Shown: positions 27,344 to 37,711, counted from the first letter of the stretch. The stretch is DNA of 64,000 nucleotides from an uncultured virus (IMG/VR IMGVR_UViG_2791355488_000009) (IMGVR_UViG_2791355488_000009), one strand, 5' to 3'. A program made the numbers and translations. The notes: generated by a model from the sequence alone, not told the origin.

Positions 27344-27928
27344 ATGGCAACAATTGGTCTGGATAAACTTTATTATGCGACCATCACAGATGATGAAAAT
27401 GGCGAAGAAATCTATGGCACACCCACTCAGCTGGCAAAAGCAATCTCAGCAGAGTTATCTGTTGAACTGGCAGAGGCAACTCTCTATGCAGATGATGGTG
27501 CGGCAGAAATCGTTAAAGAATTTAAAAATGGCACTATCTCTCTTGGAGTGGATGATATTGGCTCGACTACTGCAGCCGCCTTAACCGGAGTCACGGTTGA
27601 TAAGAACAACGTTGTGGTTTCTAACAGTGAAGATGGCGGGGATCCTGTGGCTGTTGGTTTTAGAGCAAAGAAATCCAATGGCAAGTATAAATACTATTGG
27701 CTCTATCGAGTGAAATTCGGTATTCCTGCGACAAACCTAGCAACAAAAGGTGACAGTATTACATTCTCAACACCAACAATTGAAGGTACGGTTCTCCGAA
27801 GAAACAAGCCGGATACAAGCGGTAAACATCCCTGGAAAGCGGAAGTGACCGAAGGCGATAAGGATGTACCGGCATCGGTTATCAGCAGTTGGTATACAGA
27901 AGTCTATGAACCGGATTACACAGTATAA
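27344..27928 (+). CDS. Major tail protein (phi13 family)
   Basis: IGLDKLYYA, LYADDG, VAVGFRAKK, TKGDSITF. Confidence 0.9.
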   Translation: MATIGLDKLYYATITDDENGEEIYGTPTQLAKAISAELSVELAEATLYADDGAAEIVKEFKNGTISLGVDDIGSTTAAALTGVTVDKNNVVVSNSEDGGDPVAVGFRAKKSNGKYKYYWLYRVKFGIPATNLATKGDSITFSTPTIEGTVLRRNKPDTSGKHPWKAEVTEGDKDVPASVISSWYTEVYEPDYTV

Positions 27929-27941
27929 GGAGGGATAATTC

Positions 27942-28325
27942 ATGGATAACGAACGAACAGCAAGCATTCGTATTGGTGGCGATGAATATGTGCTACTACT
28001 TACTACAAAGGCAACAAAGGAAATCGCAGGACGATATGGTGGTCTTGAAAACCTAGGCGATAAGCTAATGAAGTCTGAGAATGTTGAGATGGCACTTTCA
28101 GAGATTGTGTGGTTGATTACCTTACTGGCCAATCAAAGTACCCTTGTCTACAACATCAAGCATAAGGATGCACCGAAGGAATTACTGACCGAAGATGAGG
28201 TGGAAATTCTCACAAGCCCGATTGATTTGGCAGAGTACAAAGAGGCAATTATGAATGCTCTTTACAAGGGTGCAAAAAGAAATGTATTCAGCGAGGAAAG
28301 CCCAAAAAACGCAGTAGCCCCGTAA
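27942..28325 (+). CDS. Tail assembly chaperone (G)
   Basis: Between major tail and tape measure genes; ends at slippery cccaaaaaac. Confidence 0.8.
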   Translation: MDNERTASIRIGGDEYVLLLTTKATKEIAGRYGGLENLGDKLMKSENVEMALSEIVWLITLLANQSTLVYNIKHKDAPKELLTEDEVEILTSPIDLAEYKEAIMNALYKGAKRNVFSEESPKNAVAP

Positions 28326-28513
28326 GTGACGAAGAGTTATTTACGAGGCTTTTATATTACGGCATCAGCGTATTACATCTGACCATGGATGAATTTTGGC
28401 TGATGCCGTTTGGTTTGCTACTAGACTTGTGGGAGTGTCACAAACAGTATCAGGGTCTGGCAAAACCAAAAAGAGAGATGTTTATCGATGACATTATCCC
28501 TGATGGAATCTGA
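28310..28513 (+). CDS. Tail assembly chaperone -1 frameshift extension (T), absent from ORF track
   Basis: -1 frame open from slippery site: RSSPVSDEELFTRLLYYG...EFWLMPFGLLLDLWECHKQ...DDIIPDGI*. Confidence 0.75.
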   Translation, partial: RSSPVSDEELFTRLLYYGISVLHLTMDEFWLMPFGLLLDLWECHKQYQGLAKPKREMFIDDIIPDGI

Positions 28514-28530
28514 CAAAGGAGGTGGAAAGC

Positions 28531-31137
28531 ATGGCAGATAATTTCGGCTTGAAAATCGGTCTTGAAGGCGAGAAAGAATTTAAGAAAGCATTAACCGATA
28601 TCAATCGTTCCTTTAAAGTACTTGGCTCTGAAATGAAACTGGTAGCTTCAGAATTTGATAAAAACGATAAGTCTGTCCAGGCTCTTTCCGCCAGAAATTC
28701 AGTCCTCAACAAAGAGATTGAAACCCAAAAAAGCAAAATTAATACCTTGAGGTCGGCTCTAGAAAATGCAGCTACCTCCTTTGGAGAAACCGATAGAAGA
28801 ACACAAAACTGGCAGATTCAATTGAACAATGCTGAGGCGGCACTCAACAATATGGAGCGAGAGTTAAGTAGCAATAATGCTGCTCTTGAAGAAGCAAACT
28901 CCAATTATGATGATGCTGAAGATGCTCTCGATGACATGAACCGTGAAATGAACGATGTCACCGACAGTGCAGATGATATGGGAAAAGAGATTGATGAGGC
29001 AGCTGACTCTGCTGAAAAATCCGAATCTAAGTTTAAAGGCTTAGGTACAACTCTAAAATCTATCGGCATTGCGATGGGAGCAGTTGCTGTTGCAGCAGGT
29101 GCGGCGGCTGTCAAACTTGGTAAAGAAGTCATTTCCGCTTATGCCGATTACGAACAATTAGTCGGTGGTGTAGATACTCTCTTTAAAGAGAATTCTCAGC
29201 AGTTACAAGACTATGCATCGAATGCCTATAAGACGGCGGGTCTTTCTGCCAATGACTACATGGAAACCGTCACTTCCTTTTCTGCAAGCCTTATTTCTTC
29301 TCTTGGAGGAGATACAGAAAAAGCCGTTAAATATGCGGATATGGCGATTACCGATATGTCTGACAATGCCAATAAAATGGGTACAGACATGGAATCCATT
29401 CAAAATGCCTATCAGGGTTTTGCTAAGCAAAATTACACCATGCTAGATAACCTTAAACTAGGCTATGGTGGTACAAAAAGTGAAATGGAGCGACTCCTTG
29501 CCGATGCCGAGGCTATCTCTGGCATTGAGTACGATGTTTCTTCTTATGCCGATGTAGTTTCTGCCATCCATGTCATTCAAGAAAGCATGGGTATTGCTGG
29601 TACGACTGCTCTTGAGGCAGAAGAAACTATTTCTGGATCGTTGAACGCATTCCAATCTGCATTCCAAAATCTTTTAGTTGGTTTTGGAAATGCCGATGCG
29701 GATATGGAACAACTCAGTAATAACATGGTGGATGCTTTTCAGTCGGTGGTAAAAAACATTACCCCAGTGATTGAAAATATCGTAAAGGCCCTGCCCATAG
29801 CAATTGAAGCATTATTGGATGCGATTTCGGATTTGTTACCGACATTGCTTGTTACGGTGACCGATTTGTTTACTCAGGTACTAAACGCACTGATGAACCT
29901 ACTACCTACCTTAATACCGGTAGCAGTTGATTCCATTCTCACGATTGTGAATGCGTTGATTGAAAACTTACCACTGCTAGTGGATGCGGCCGTTCAGTTA
30001 ATTGCAGCTTTAGTGGATGGTCTTGGGCAGGCTCTCCCAGAACTTATTCCTGCGGCAGTTAATGCAATTACTACGATTGTGCAAGGTTTGGTGGATAATT
30101 TACCCATGCTTCTTGATGCAGCACTGCAGTTAATACTTGGTTTGGCTCAGGGGCTACTCGAGGCGATCCCGCAACTAATTGAGGCTCTCCCTACGATTAT
30201 CTTGGCAATTGTTGATTTTATTATAAGCGCAATTCCTCAGATTATAGATGCAGGTATTCAGCTATTAACATCGCTGGTTACAGCCTTGCCTGAAATTATT
30301 ACGGCTATTGTAGAGGCGATTCCACAGATAATTGATGGAATATTAAATGGGATTTTAAGTTCGATCCCACAACTCATACAAGCGGGTGTCGACTTACTTG
30401 TTGCACTGATTCAAAATCTACCGACCATTATTACCACCATTGTGGTGGCAATCCCTCAAATCATTTCAAGTATTGTAAATGCCTTAATTGGAAACATCGA
30501 CAAGATCATTATGGCAGGGGTTCAGCTATTTGTAGCACTCATTCAGAATTTACCAACCATTGTGGTAGAGATCGTAAAAGCAGTGCCCCAGATTATTGGT
30601 GGCATCGTCAGAGCATTTACAAACTCCATGGGTTCCATCGTGACGGTGGGTGGCAACATTGTAAAAGGACTATGGCAGGGTATTCAATCTCTTGCTTCTT
30701 GGTTATGGAATAAAGTCAGTGGTTGGATTAGTGGCATTTGGACTGGCATCAAGGATTTCTTCGGTATCAAATCACCATCGAAACAGATGGGGTGGGTTGG
30801 TGAAATGCTTGTGAAAGGTCTTGCAGGTTCTATCCAAGATAACGGTGATGAGGCTGTAAAAGCAGCTGAAATGATGAGCGAGGACATCAACGATGTGATG
30901 ACTAGTCTTGCCAGTGATATGAGTACATCCTTGCCTACAGACTTTTCAGTGGATACTTCTGTAGGCGGCGTGATTTCAAACGCAGCGACCTCTTCCCTAG
31001 GCGGTGTCAGTGGTTCGCTGGTTACTGTACAGCAGATGATTGTACGAAGTGAAGATGATATCAGAAGGGTATCTCAGGAACTTTATAACTTAATTCAGAC
31101 AGGCTCTCGTGCTCAGGGTCGGTTTTCTACAACATAA
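28531..31137 (+). CDS. Tape measure protein
   Basis: Coiled-coil N-terminus, NYTMLDNLKLGYGGTK, amphipathic repeats, FFGIKSPSK. Confidence 0.9.
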   Translation: MADNFGLKIGLEGEKEFKKALTDINRSFKVLGSEMKLVASEFDKNDKSVQALSARNSVLNKEIETQKSKINTLRSALENAATSFGETDRRTQNWQIQLNNAEAALNNMERELSSNNAALEEANSNYDDAEDALDDMNREMNDVTDSADDMGKEIDEAADSAEKSESKFKGLGTTLKSIGIAMGAVAVAAGAAAVKLGKEVISAYADYEQLVGGVDTLFKENSQQLQDYASNAYKTAGLSANDYMETVTSFSASLISSLGGDTEKAVKYADMAITDMSDNANKMGTDMESIQNAYQGFAKQNYTMLDNLKLGYGGTKSEMERLLADAEAISGIEYDVSSYADVVSAIHVIQESMGIAGTTALEAEETISGSLNAFQSAFQNLLVGFGNADADMEQLSNNMVDAFQSVVKNITPVIENIVKALPIAIEALLDAISDLLPTLLVTVTDLFTQVLNALMNLLPTLIPVAVDSILTIVNALIENLPLLVDAAVQLIAALVDGLGQALPELIPAAVNAITTIVQGLVDNLPMLLDAALQLILGLAQGLLEAIPQLIEALPTIILAIVDFIISAIPQIIDAGIQLLTSLVTALPEIITAIVEAIPQIIDGILNGILSSIPQLIQAGVDLLVALIQNLPTIITTIVVAIPQIISSIVNALIGNIDKIIMAGVQLFVALIQNLPTIVVEIVKAVPQIIGGIVRAFTNSMGSIVTVGGNIVKGLWQGIQSLASWLWNKVSGWISGIWTGIKDFFGIKSPSKQMGWVGEMLVKGLAGSIQDNGDEAVKAAEMMSEDINDVMTSLASDMSTSLPTDFSVDTSVGGVISNAATSSLGGVSGSLVTVQQMIVRSEDDIRRVSQELYNLIQTGSRAQGRFSTT

Positions 31138-31149
31138 GGAGGTGTGCCG

Positions 31150-31926
31150 ATGGGTTTTTCATATGACGATATTTCTTCAAAAAGCATGGGACTAAAAGCC
31201 AGGCTCACTTCCTGGCAGGTCTGTGGAGGAATGCGAAATTTCACCACCACCGTACCTGGAAAGTATGGGGTGACAGACTTTGGAGCTGATTTTGATTACC
31301 GAGAAATCAATGTAGCTTGCAATATCTATCCCAAGCATAGCTTTTCTGCTCTGGTGAGTACGCTTGATGAACTTTCAACATGGCTTGATCCCATGCAAGG
31401 GTTAAAAGAACTTGTTTTTGATGATGTACCAGACAGGTATTTTATGGCAAGGCTGAATGAAAAAGTTGACTGTGAACGACTCATTCGTTTTGCAGGAAGT
31501 TTCAACTTGAAGTTTTTCTGTCCTGACCCTTTTGCTTATGCCATTATGGATGAAAATTATTTAATAGAAAGCGAAGGCGACCACACGGTTACAAGACTGA
31601 CCGGCAATGTTGATTCCAATCCTATGTATCGCTTGAAGGGAATCATCACATCGGGTGTGAACAATTCTATTTCTGTTACAACCAATGGCTTGGAAATGAA
31701 AATAGTGAATGCTGTACTTTTGGCAGAAGAAACCCTTGTCATTGATACAGATAAGATGACGGCTTATGTGGAAGACGAAAACGGGATAATCTTAAGAAAC
31801 GCTTTGCCTTACCTAGAGGATATAGATTTTCCAAGTCTTCATGTGGGCACGAATACCCTAGCAATAACAACGAATAATGCTGTGTTTACAGCACTTGAAA
31901 TAAAGGCTCGCAGTAGATGGAGGTGA
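31150..31926 (+). CDS. Distal tail (Dit) protein
   Basis: TVPGKYG, LVFDD.PDRYFMA, F.CPDPFAY, terminal RWR; follows TMP. Confidence 0.8.
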   Translation: MGFSYDDISSKSMGLKARLTSWQVCGGMRNFTTTVPGKYGVTDFGADFDYREINVACNIYPKHSFSALVSTLDELSTWLDPMQGLKELVFDDVPDRYFMARLNEKVDCERLIRFAGSFNLKFFCPDPFAYAIMDENYLIESEGDHTVTRLTGNVDSNPMYRLKGIITSGVNNSISVTTNGLEMKIVNAVLLAEETLVIDTDKMTAYVEDENGIILRNALPYLEDIDFPSLHVGTNTLAITTNNAVFTALEIKARSRWR

Positions 31927-31930
31927 TCCA

Positions 31931-34456
31931 GTGGCACTAAAAACAATATTAAATAAACAGACAGATTTTACGGGAGAGTTCCCAGTCGAATATGCAAAAT
32001 ATGGACTGTGGCGATTTAATGATATATCGGTAGATGAAAACGGCTATCTTGCAGACTCTTCTGGATTAGACAGAAAAATAGAGCTTGTCAATTATCTAGG
32101 AACAACTGCAAGCCTTCAAAGTGGCCAAAAAGGGAGACAAATCCGAATCAACATCAACAATCCCGCTACAGAAAAAACCTACCTAAAAGTGGCCAATGAT
32201 GGTACTTTCTTTTCGGAGATGGGAGAACGAATCCTTGTTGGCGGTTGGATGATACCGACTACTTATTCTGTGGGAAATACCTATTGCCCCATATTGAATA
32301 CGCGCTATGGTCCTGGTCAGCCAATCTTTTACCTGTCGCTCTTTGCAGGCAGACCTAGAATCATGCTTTATAACGCTAGTGGTTCTCTCATACTCGATCA
32401 AACAACCACACCGCCTTTTTCACTTATCAATGGTGGTGTGTATTTTATTTGCATGGTCATAGAGCCAAACAATAAAAATGCATGGATTGTACTAGGAGAT
32501 AGGACAAGTGGTGCAAGCTGGGTGTCACCGACTTACTCCTTTACAGGTACTTTAAATCCTACTTGTACAGCCGACATCATTATGGGTATGCATGCAGATG
32601 CCTATTGGTATGCAGGACGATTTGATGACTGGTTTTTTGATATGGATTCCAGTCTTACAACGGATGATTTGATTGATTATTTCAATGGGTCTCTTTTGAC
32701 TAACGGGGGTGATATGGGCGGTGCTGTTGATGCTCTTAGCGTACCGGGAGTGGTGAGCTTAAGGGAAACAGAAGGTGTCTATCCAACGGAAGGAACACTA
32801 TATACGGCTCCGGCAACGTGCAATCTATCTGGCACAGGTCGGGTCTCCGTTACCAGTGAATATATTTCTGGGGTAACTGCAGTTGGGCCGATAGAAACCT
32901 CAACAAGCGATGACCTAGTTCATTGGAGTGATTGGGTAGCCATCGCACTTGATGGAAAACTGGTATCTCCAAATAAGGCATACATTCGTTTTAAGGTCAC
33001 ACTTACTACCACAGATACGAGTAAGACCCCTCGAATTATTGATATCAGGCTATATGACATTCCAAAGTCACCTTATGAGAGGATTGGTTTTTCAAGACCG
33101 GTCGTACTGGATTCAAATGGGGCTTGGGAGGCTGTGTTAGAAAATGCTTATAACATTGTGGTAACCAGTGAAATCAATGGCGAGGATACGCTCTCATTTA
33201 TGATCCCCTACCGTGATCCCAAGCGGGGATTTATTGATAGCGAAAAGAAAATTCAGATTGTTGATGACATCTATAAAGTAAGGACTTTAACAGATACAAA
33301 AGACAGCGAAGGAAATCTAGCGACTGAAGTGTATGCTGAGGCAGAGTTTTATGACCTGACTTTTTCAGTGCGAAAAGAAGAGCATAAATTTGATGCAGAA
33401 ACTGCTGAAGTCTCTATGGCTTATGCCTTAGAAGGAACGGAATGGAGCGTAGGCACAGTTAATGTACGAACCAAAAGAACCTGGACGAGTACAGAAAAGA
33501 ATGCACTTTCCATCCTTCGCACGGTTGCTGACTTACACGGTGGAGACCTTGTCTTTGATTGCCCGAATAGACTGGTCCATCTCTTAACGGTCTATGGTAC
33601 GGATAGTGGTGCATTGTTCGCCTATAAGAAAAATATGAAGAGCATTAAAAGAGTCGTTGATACCAGAAGTCTTGTAACAAGGCTCTATGCCATTGGCAGC
33701 GATGGTCTTACCTTTGCAGACATCAATGGAGGAAAGGCGTATGTGGAGGATTATACTTATTCGTCAGATATTCGGATATCAACATTAGATTGCTCCTCTT
33801 TTACCAATCCCTATCAGATGAAAGAATATACGGAAATGAGGCTTGCTCAGTACTCAAAACCAAATATATCTTATGTTTTAAATGCAATGGATTTATCGGT
33901 CTTAACGGGTTATGAGCATGAGGCATGGTCGCTTGGTGATTATGTTCATGTAGAAGATAAAGATTTAGGCTTGTCAGTTACCACTCGTGTCATCAGAAGA
34001 GAATACAACTTGCAGGAGCCTTGGAACACGGTACTGGAATTATCCACAACACTTAAAAATCTAGGCAGTTCTGCAAGCCAGTGGGATAACGTGGCAGATT
34101 CTCTTGAAGGCACCAGTATGGTTACAAACAATGATATCCGGGAAATGGTTCCTTTTAATCTGCTGCGAAATTCTCGTGCTGATGATGGAATGGCTTACTG
34201 GGTTAATTCAGGCTTTGAAGTAGATGGTGATAACGGTGTAAGTGGGTCGACATCCTTTAAGGCAATGGGTGTATCCAATATGACAAAGAGTATGACTCAG
34301 ACCATCTATCCGGCTAATCGCTCTAGCTACACGCTCTCGGCACAAATCGCATCTGAAAACCTTGAAAAGCTGAGTAGCAATTCACAGGTTGGCATTGAAG
34401 TGGTTATTGAATATGAAGATGGAACGACAGAAGCAAGGTTTATTGATTTGTATTAA
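31931..34456 (+). CDS. Tail spike/Tal-like protein with N-terminal LamG-like extension and C-terminal half CBM-like domain
   Basis: GLWRFN...GRFDDW (LamG-like); EINGEDTLSF, KNMKSIKR, TRLYAIG, LGDYVHV (prophage tail endopeptidase-like); NLLRNS near C-terminus. Confidence 0.75.
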   Translation: MALKTILNKQTDFTGEFPVEYAKYGLWRFNDISVDENGYLADSSGLDRKIELVNYLGTTASLQSGQKGRQIRININNPATEKTYLKVANDGTFFSEMGERILVGGWMIPTTYSVGNTYCPILNTRYGPGQPIFYLSLFAGRPRIMLYNASGSLILDQTTTPPFSLINGGVYFICMVIEPNNKNAWIVLGDRTSGASWVSPTYSFTGTLNPTCTADIIMGMHADAYWYAGRFDDWFFDMDSSLTTDDLIDYFNGSLLTNGGDMGGAVDALSVPGVVSLRETEGVYPTEGTLYTAPATCNLSGTGRVSVTSEYISGVTAVGPIETSTSDDLVHWSDWVAIALDGKLVSPNKAYIRFKVTLTTTDTSKTPRIIDIRLYDIPKSPYERIGFSRPVVLDSNGAWEAVLENAYNIVVTSEINGEDTLSFMIPYRDPKRGFIDSEKKIQIVDDIYKVRTLTDTKDSEGNLATEVYAEAEFYDLTFSVRKEEHKFDAETAEVSMAYALEGTEWSVGTVNVRTKRTWTSTEKNALSILRTVADLHGGDLVFDCPNRLVHLLTVYGTDSGALFAYKKNMKSIKRVVDTRSLVTRLYAIGSDGLTFADINGGKAYVEDYTYSSDIRISTLDCSSFTNPYQMKEYTEMRLAQYSKPNISYVLNAMDLSVLTGYEHEAWSLGDYVHVEDKDLGLSVTTRVIRREYNLQEPWNTVLELSTTLKNLGSSASQWDNVADSLEGTSMVTNNDIREMVPFNLLRNSRADDGMAYWVNSGFEVDGDNGVSGSTSFKAMGVSNMTKSMTQTIYPANRSSYTLSAQIASENLEKLSSNSQVGIEVVIEYEDGTTEARFIDLY

Positions 34457-34465
34457 GGAGGTGGA

Positions 34466-34666
34466 TTGGTGGCTTATTTTTCAAGAACATCAGAAAAGAT
34501 ACTCCCAGAAAGCTACTCTTCTAAAGTAAAATCCATTACCATCCGTGTCTGTGTCACAAATTGCACAGGCACTTTTTATATTACGGATCTCTTTTTACAA
34601 GCAGGGTCAGTGGTCACGGGATGGGTAGGTCATCCCTGTGAAATAAGGTGGACGTTAGATGGCTAA
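34466..34666 (+). CDS. Small tail protein, C-terminal half of a CBM-like beta-sandwich
   Basis: ggaggt SD; CTGTFYITDLFLQAG; paralogous to the N-terminus of the next ORF. Confidence 0.65.
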   Translation: MVAYFSRTSEKILPESYSSKVKSITIRVCVTNCTGTFYITDLFLQAGSVVTGWVGHPCEIRWTLDG

Positions 34667-35243
34667 GGTTAATTTTATAAGGTTGGCAGAAGTCATAAAT
34701 AAAAAACAAGATAAGCGTGTCATGAGTGTAAGCATAAAACCTACCCTCTATGATTGCACTGGCATGATTTGGTTTACGGACATCCAGTTACAAGAAGGAC
34801 CTGTTCTAAATGGTTATGCGCCTCATACAGAAAGTAGGTTAGAAAAACTAAAGGAAGATGGCAGTATCAAGAATCCTGTTTGGTTTAACGGTGTGGTCCG
34901 TTCAGAGGAAACCATTATTTTATTTAATGTTGGTGAAACCTCTGCAGGACTTGATATTCATATCTATCCAAAGCTTTCTATGTCTGCTGGAACAGTGAAA
35001 CTAAGCCAAGGTATAGGAGGGCAACAGGTCTCCTTCCCTGGAACCATTGGAAAAGATGTTGATTTGGCGCTCCTAGCATCTACACGAGCATGTACCAAAA
35101 ACGGAGCAAGCGAACCCAAAGAGGGGTTCTATCAATACAGTGCTGCCTGGGACTCAAAGCACAAAGTGACCCTTGAAAAAGGGAAATCTGCAAGGGTGCT
35201 GTTTACCATGCAGGAAATGCAAGACGGAGGTGAACCATTCTAA
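34659..35243 (+). CDS. Tail-associated protein with N-terminal half-CBM segment
   Basis: CTGMIWFTDIQLQEG; coupled to neighbours. Confidence 0.65.
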   Translation: MAKVNFIRLAEVINKKQDKRVMSVSIKPTLYDCTGMIWFTDIQLQEGPVLNGYAPHTESRLEKLKEDGSIKNPVWFNGVVRSEETIILFNVGETSAGLDIHIYPKLSMSAGTVKLSQGIGGQQVSFPGTIGKDVDLALLASTRACTKNGASEPKEGFYQYSAAWDSKHKVTLEKGKSARVLFTMQEMQDGGEPF

Positions 35244-37711
35244 TGGAACGACTAAAAGGCAAGAAAATCATGGTGTGGACTTTTATGGGAAATGCACGGA
35301 TGTATGAAGCTTTAGAGAAATATGGAGACCGGATTGATACCATCGGTCTTTTTTCTTTTAAGGTACGAGCTACGGGTGAAATTGTTGAGAGTGGTGTCAC
35401 CATCAGTAGTATGCTCCCCTACATTAACCGTTATCGTCACATCAAATGGTTACTGACCATTGCCAATGATGGTGCAAACAGTATTTTCAGAGCATTGAGA
35501 GACAACACAAATGGTGCTCTGGAACTGTTTCTATCCGAGCTTATTCGTATTATGAAAAAGTATCCTTGGTGCGATGGTATTGATATTGACCTAGAAAGGG
35601 GCGATGACTATTCCACTCATGCTGAGTCAACCGCCATGTTTAAAAATATTTACAACACTATCAAAGCCTATGATTCAAGCAAACTGATGAACATTTGCCT
35701 GCCGGGAATGACCAGTGTCAATGGCTCTGTCGGTGGTGAGAACTGGTGCGTCTATGGTGACCTAGACCCTTATTGCGATACCGCATCAATTATGAGTTAT
35801 GGTATGGCTTGGTCAGGTTCTGCACCGGGACCTGTATCTCCAAGGAGCTGGCTTGAAGGGATTTATGATTATGCCGTTACAGTGATGAATCCCGATAAGA
35901 TTTTCTTTGGGATGCCTGCTTATGGATGGAACTGGCAAATTTATGACACACCAGAAAACCTAGGTAAAGCCTATAGGGGAACGTCTCATACCTACTATGC
36001 AGCAAAATACTGGATGACAGGAGTATATAATTTCACAGACGATGCGCCTCCTCAACCGTTTATTCCCATCGTGGCTTACTGGGATGATGAGAATAAAGTG
36101 CCCTGGGCATTGCCGCATGTCTACGATTATATGGAAGGAAGAGATGCCACTCGCTATAGCTATCCACTCTTATCTGCAAGCTACAATGGCAGACAGTATC
36201 TGACAGCCTATGGCAAACAACAAAAGTTAGCCTTTGGAACTGTTTATGTAGATCATGATGCCATGCCGGATAGTTATTCTGGTGTTGTTTCTGTTTCTAA
36301 TAGCGTCACAACACTGGGGGATGAAGGTGCGGCAACCTATCATTTTACGCTTGCTCAGGCAGGTACTTATGATGTAGCAGTAAAGCTAGGCTTTCCATTT
36401 TGGGATAAGAATAATATTCATATCTCCCTTGATGGAAATGAAGTAGATTTTTCTGAAAACAGACTGTGGTGGCCTTATTGGAGAACGACTTTCTGGGCGG
36501 TGCTTAAAAAAGGAGTGAGCCTTTCTGCAGGAACACACACCATCACCATTTCGCTTGGGGCAAAGGGTGTACAGTTTTATGGATTTAGAGTCTGTTCTTC
36601 ATTTTCTGAGGAGCCAACAGTTGGTGAAGCAGAATATACCCTAGCTCCTAGACATTTCAAGGATGTAAATGGTGATATGGTAGGACCTGCAAATGGTTTT
36701 AAGTTGACGCTTGAAATGCTTAGAAGAAAAGCAGATTCTGCCCTTGTGTGGTATGAGGATTTTAGAGATGATAACCCTCTCCCCCAAAGCTACTGGACAA
36801 CATTATCAGGCGAATGGAGTGTTTGGCAAGATACAAGCAGTTCGATGAATAGACCCTATTCCCAACTGGAGGGTAAGGGGCAGTTAGCATGGAACTACAA
36901 CAATTTTTCAGATATCCATTTAAGGGCGCAGATTATTTTTCCTGAGACCTTTAGTGGCAAGGCAGGTGTTTTTATTGGAACGATTTATTGTTGCTTTAAT
37001 TATGATAGCCAGCGTATTGAACTGTATGAAGGTTCTACTTTAAAAGGTAGTTATGCCACCAGCTTTTCAAAAACATCGGCCGCAAACATTCGATCGAATC
37101 CAAGCTTTTACACTCTAGAAATTCGAAAGCGTGGCAATCAAGTGCGGGTCTATTCCTCTGCATCTAATACACTGCGCTTTACAGCCACTTGCTCGGATGT
37201 GACAGGGTATGCAGGTATTCGTTCGGATAATAAAGTCCATTGCCAGTTGCTTCGCTTAGGCGATGCTTGGACCTATGAGCCTTATGAACGCTTTGACGTG
37301 CTTATGCCCGATGGAACATTTAAAACTTATGGTCGGCTATCAAGAAGTAACTGTTCTTGGGATGATGAGTTTCAAGTGTTTACTTTAACAGCAGACCTTG
37401 AGGAATCAGCCACAAGAAGTGAAAGCATCTCCCTAGATTATGATTTTTTTCATTCAGATATGATGCCGTCCATTCAGTGCGGAAATGACTACAGTGTCAC
37501 CATCATTCCAAGGGATATCAACATCTGGATATCTCGTCTTTTCTTAGGTGATGGTGACGGATTTTCCATTCTTTATTATCAAGATGTAGATAGTCTTGTG
37601 TACTGGGCAAATGAAGCAGCTTATCGGTGGAAACTTCGAGGCATGTGTATGTGGTCACTAGGGCAGGAGGATTTAAGGCTCTGGGAGTGGCTACCAAAGC
37701 AAATAGAGTAA
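35243..37711 (+). CDS. Virion-associated GH18 glycoside hydrolase with large internal insertion
   Basis: Catalytic DGIDIDLE, IMSY, KIFFGMPAYG; barrel-closing LRGMCMWSLGQED only at the extreme C-terminus. Confidence 0.8.
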   Translation: MERLKGKKIMVWTFMGNARMYEALEKYGDRIDTIGLFSFKVRATGEIVESGVTISSMLPYINRYRHIKWLLTIANDGANSIFRALRDNTNGALELFLSELIRIMKKYPWCDGIDIDLERGDDYSTHAESTAMFKNIYNTIKAYDSSKLMNICLPGMTSVNGSVGGENWCVYGDLDPYCDTASIMSYGMAWSGSAPGPVSPRSWLEGIYDYAVTVMNPDKIFFGMPAYGWNWQIYDTPENLGKAYRGTSHTYYAAKYWMTGVYNFTDDAPPQPFIPIVAYWDDENKVPWALPHVYDYMEGRDATRYSYPLLSASYNGRQYLTAYGKQQKLAFGTVYVDHDAMPDSYSGVVSVSNSVTTLGDEGAATYHFTLAQAGTYDVAVKLGFPFWDKNNIHISLDGNEVDFSENRLWWPYWRTTFWAVLKKGVSLSAGTHTITISLGAKGVQFYGFRVCSSFSEEPTVGEAEYTLAPRHFKDVNGDMVGPANGFKLTLEMLRRKADSALVWYEDFRDDNPLPQSYWTTLSGEWSVWQDTSSSMNRPYSQLEGKGQLAWNYNNFSDIHLRAQIIFPETFSGKAGVFIGTIYCCFNYDSQRIELYEGSTLKGSYATSFSKTSAANIRSNPSFYTLEIRKRGNQVRVYSSASNTLRFTATCSDVTGYAGIRSDNKVHCQLLRLGDAWTYEPYERFDVLMPDGTFKTYGRLSRSNCSWDDEFQVFTLTADLEESATRSESISLDYDFFHSDMMPSIQCGNDYSVTIIPRDINIWISRLFLGDGDGFSILYYQDVDSLVYWANEAAYRWKLRGMCMWSLGQEDLRLWEWLPKQIE

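Noticed and set aside
29700..30700. Repetitive tape-measure region as possible repeat array or DGR target
   Set aside because: Ordinary amphipathic protein repeats; no reverse transcriptase or TR/VR pair seen in the window
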